A stretch of 62,838 nt of DNA, filler included, from Gonapodya sp. JEL0774 (lineage: Eukaryota): assembly GCA_027604505.1 (NCBI GenBank). It is 44 parts of 44 records of this genome, joined end to end, with 100 filler letters (N's around TTAATTAATTAA, not from the genome) between each part and the next. Parts side by side here need not be neighbours in the genome. Positions count along the whole stretch, not along the records: positions 61,518 to 62,838 come from JADIIX010003360.1; 43 more parts are not named here. One strand, written 5' to 3'. The notes beneath the pieces were generated by a model that saw nothing but the letters and a program-made list of their open reading frames with translations, made no database searches and had not been told where the DNA came from. Both the position numbers and the translations under genes were made by a program. Positions 61,518 to 62,838 of this stretch are shown here, one piece after another. Numbering within the stretch: position 1 is the stretch's first letter; each line of letters starts with the position of its first letter.

Positions 61518-61938
61518 GCATTGTTCTTTGGCGAAGCGGGAGGTGATCCAGTGTATCTGATGAACCAGGGCAAGTACATTTTGGCGGCGATCAACTGCGG
61601 AGCTGGTGAGTTTTCACAGCGGGAATCGTGTTGTTTGCAAATTCGGTTGGTTTGATTGTATTTACTTACTGGTGATCGATTGCGTGACTCTAGTGTTTTT
61701 CGGAGCAAATACCTACATCGGTAACGCCCCAAACTTCCTCGTGAAGAGTATTGCGCTCGAGAACGGTGTACCCGTGAGTTCTCTCTTTCTCAAACCGTAA
61801 AACGACAGGATTTGGAAGGAAACGCTAACCGTGGTCTCTTTATAGATGCCGACGTTTTTCCCTTACATGCTCTGGTCTACCGGGATATTGATCCCTGTAT
61901 TTGTTGCCGATACCTTTATTTTCTTCTGGGGGAAATAG
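61518..61938 (+). CDS. Bacterial-type CitMHS_2 (putative citrate transporter / Na+:H+ antiporter) C-terminus, with two introns
   Basis: LAAINCGA|VFFGANTYIGNAPNFLVKSIA..GVP|MPTFFPYMLWS..*; introns 61606-61693 and 61774-61845. Confidence 0.82.
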
Positions 61939-62838
61939 TATGTAGTTCATCGCATCGTCGGTCTTGCATCAAAACAATATACCTCTCTCAATGTGCATTC
62001 GTTGTTTGATCCTGATAAGCCATAGCGCTCGGCTAGAGTGATCGAAGGAGATGTATCTGCGGGTTTATGCAGATGTGCATGAATATGACGCGTAACAGCG
62101 ACAAGTGCACATCCCGAGTCAAAATATTGAATCAGCAGTGGTTAGTATTTCGGGTAGTTATTGTCACAATCATATGTTTCAAAGGGCGTCCGTGTACACC
62201 AAAATCACGGGAAAGTTAGCGCAATATCGTCGGTTCACAGACGCTTTACCGGAAATCGAAGGCGGACAGAACAGACCAATACTTGAGAATCGCGAGAGAA
62301 AGTACATAAACTGAAATATCAAAATCTGAATAGATTTCCAAACACGTGCACTGGGAATTGGAAACCTTGGTCGGGAGGAGGACGGCCATGCATATGGATG
62401 CATGTCTTAGCACCTCACTCGCGATCGTCGGCGGTGCAGGTGTCGTTAACGGGATCCTCAAATCGCAGATACAACATGTAATGATTTGATTAACAGTACA
62501 CACTTTACATAATCTTGTACAGGGTATGTCGCTGGTAAATGAACAAAGGACGGCACTACGCGTTCCTTCAGTACCGGTGAGGACCACTGGAAAATGTTGG
62601 CAACACAGGAGCCGATGGCGGTTTCACTGTCTCCGCAACTTTTGGTGCAGCCTGCATGCAAATCATTTCTGCGTGTCGGTGAGCTACCTTACCAGCATTG
62701 ACAGAAGGAACACAATGGAACTCACCGGTGGGCTCGTCTCGTAAACAACGCGGAACATGTTGATAATAAGTGAGAGGCCGATCGCGAGAATGGCGACTAT
62801 CGATAAGGAAACAGGAGAGGAGCGTATTAGACCCGGTC

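Overview
This window is not a contiguous locus. It is 44 unrelated contigs of about 1.32-1.34 kb, sorted by decreasing length and joined by 43 artificial 100-nt linkers (44 N + TTAATTAATTAA + 44 N), so gene neighbourhood means something only within a contig. The genes have GT-AG spliceosomal introns with CTRAC branch sites. The gene set (TMC channel, PLK4-like kinase, MyTH4-FERM-type myosin, class C GPCR, plus fungal housekeeping genes) points to an early-diverging, probably zoosporic (chytrid-like) fungus. All assignments come from reading motifs by eye; no searches were run. The best finding is at 60097-61417. A SPINDLY-type GT41 glycosyltransferase gene is interrupted by two consecutive, near-identical ~335-nt spliceosomal introns (introner-like elements) flanking an unrelated 108-nt in-frame exon. 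Other notable items: an intronless laminarinase-type GH16 gene followed by a palindrome-cored repeat array (possibly viral or foreign DNA), an intron-containing bacterial-type CitMHS_2 transporter, a PEX39 orthologue, an SF3A1-like protein with no visible SURP domains, a DNA-transposon-like element abutting a Copia fragment, and decaying F-box and ankyrin paralogues. No rRNA, tRNA or CRISPR array was recognised.
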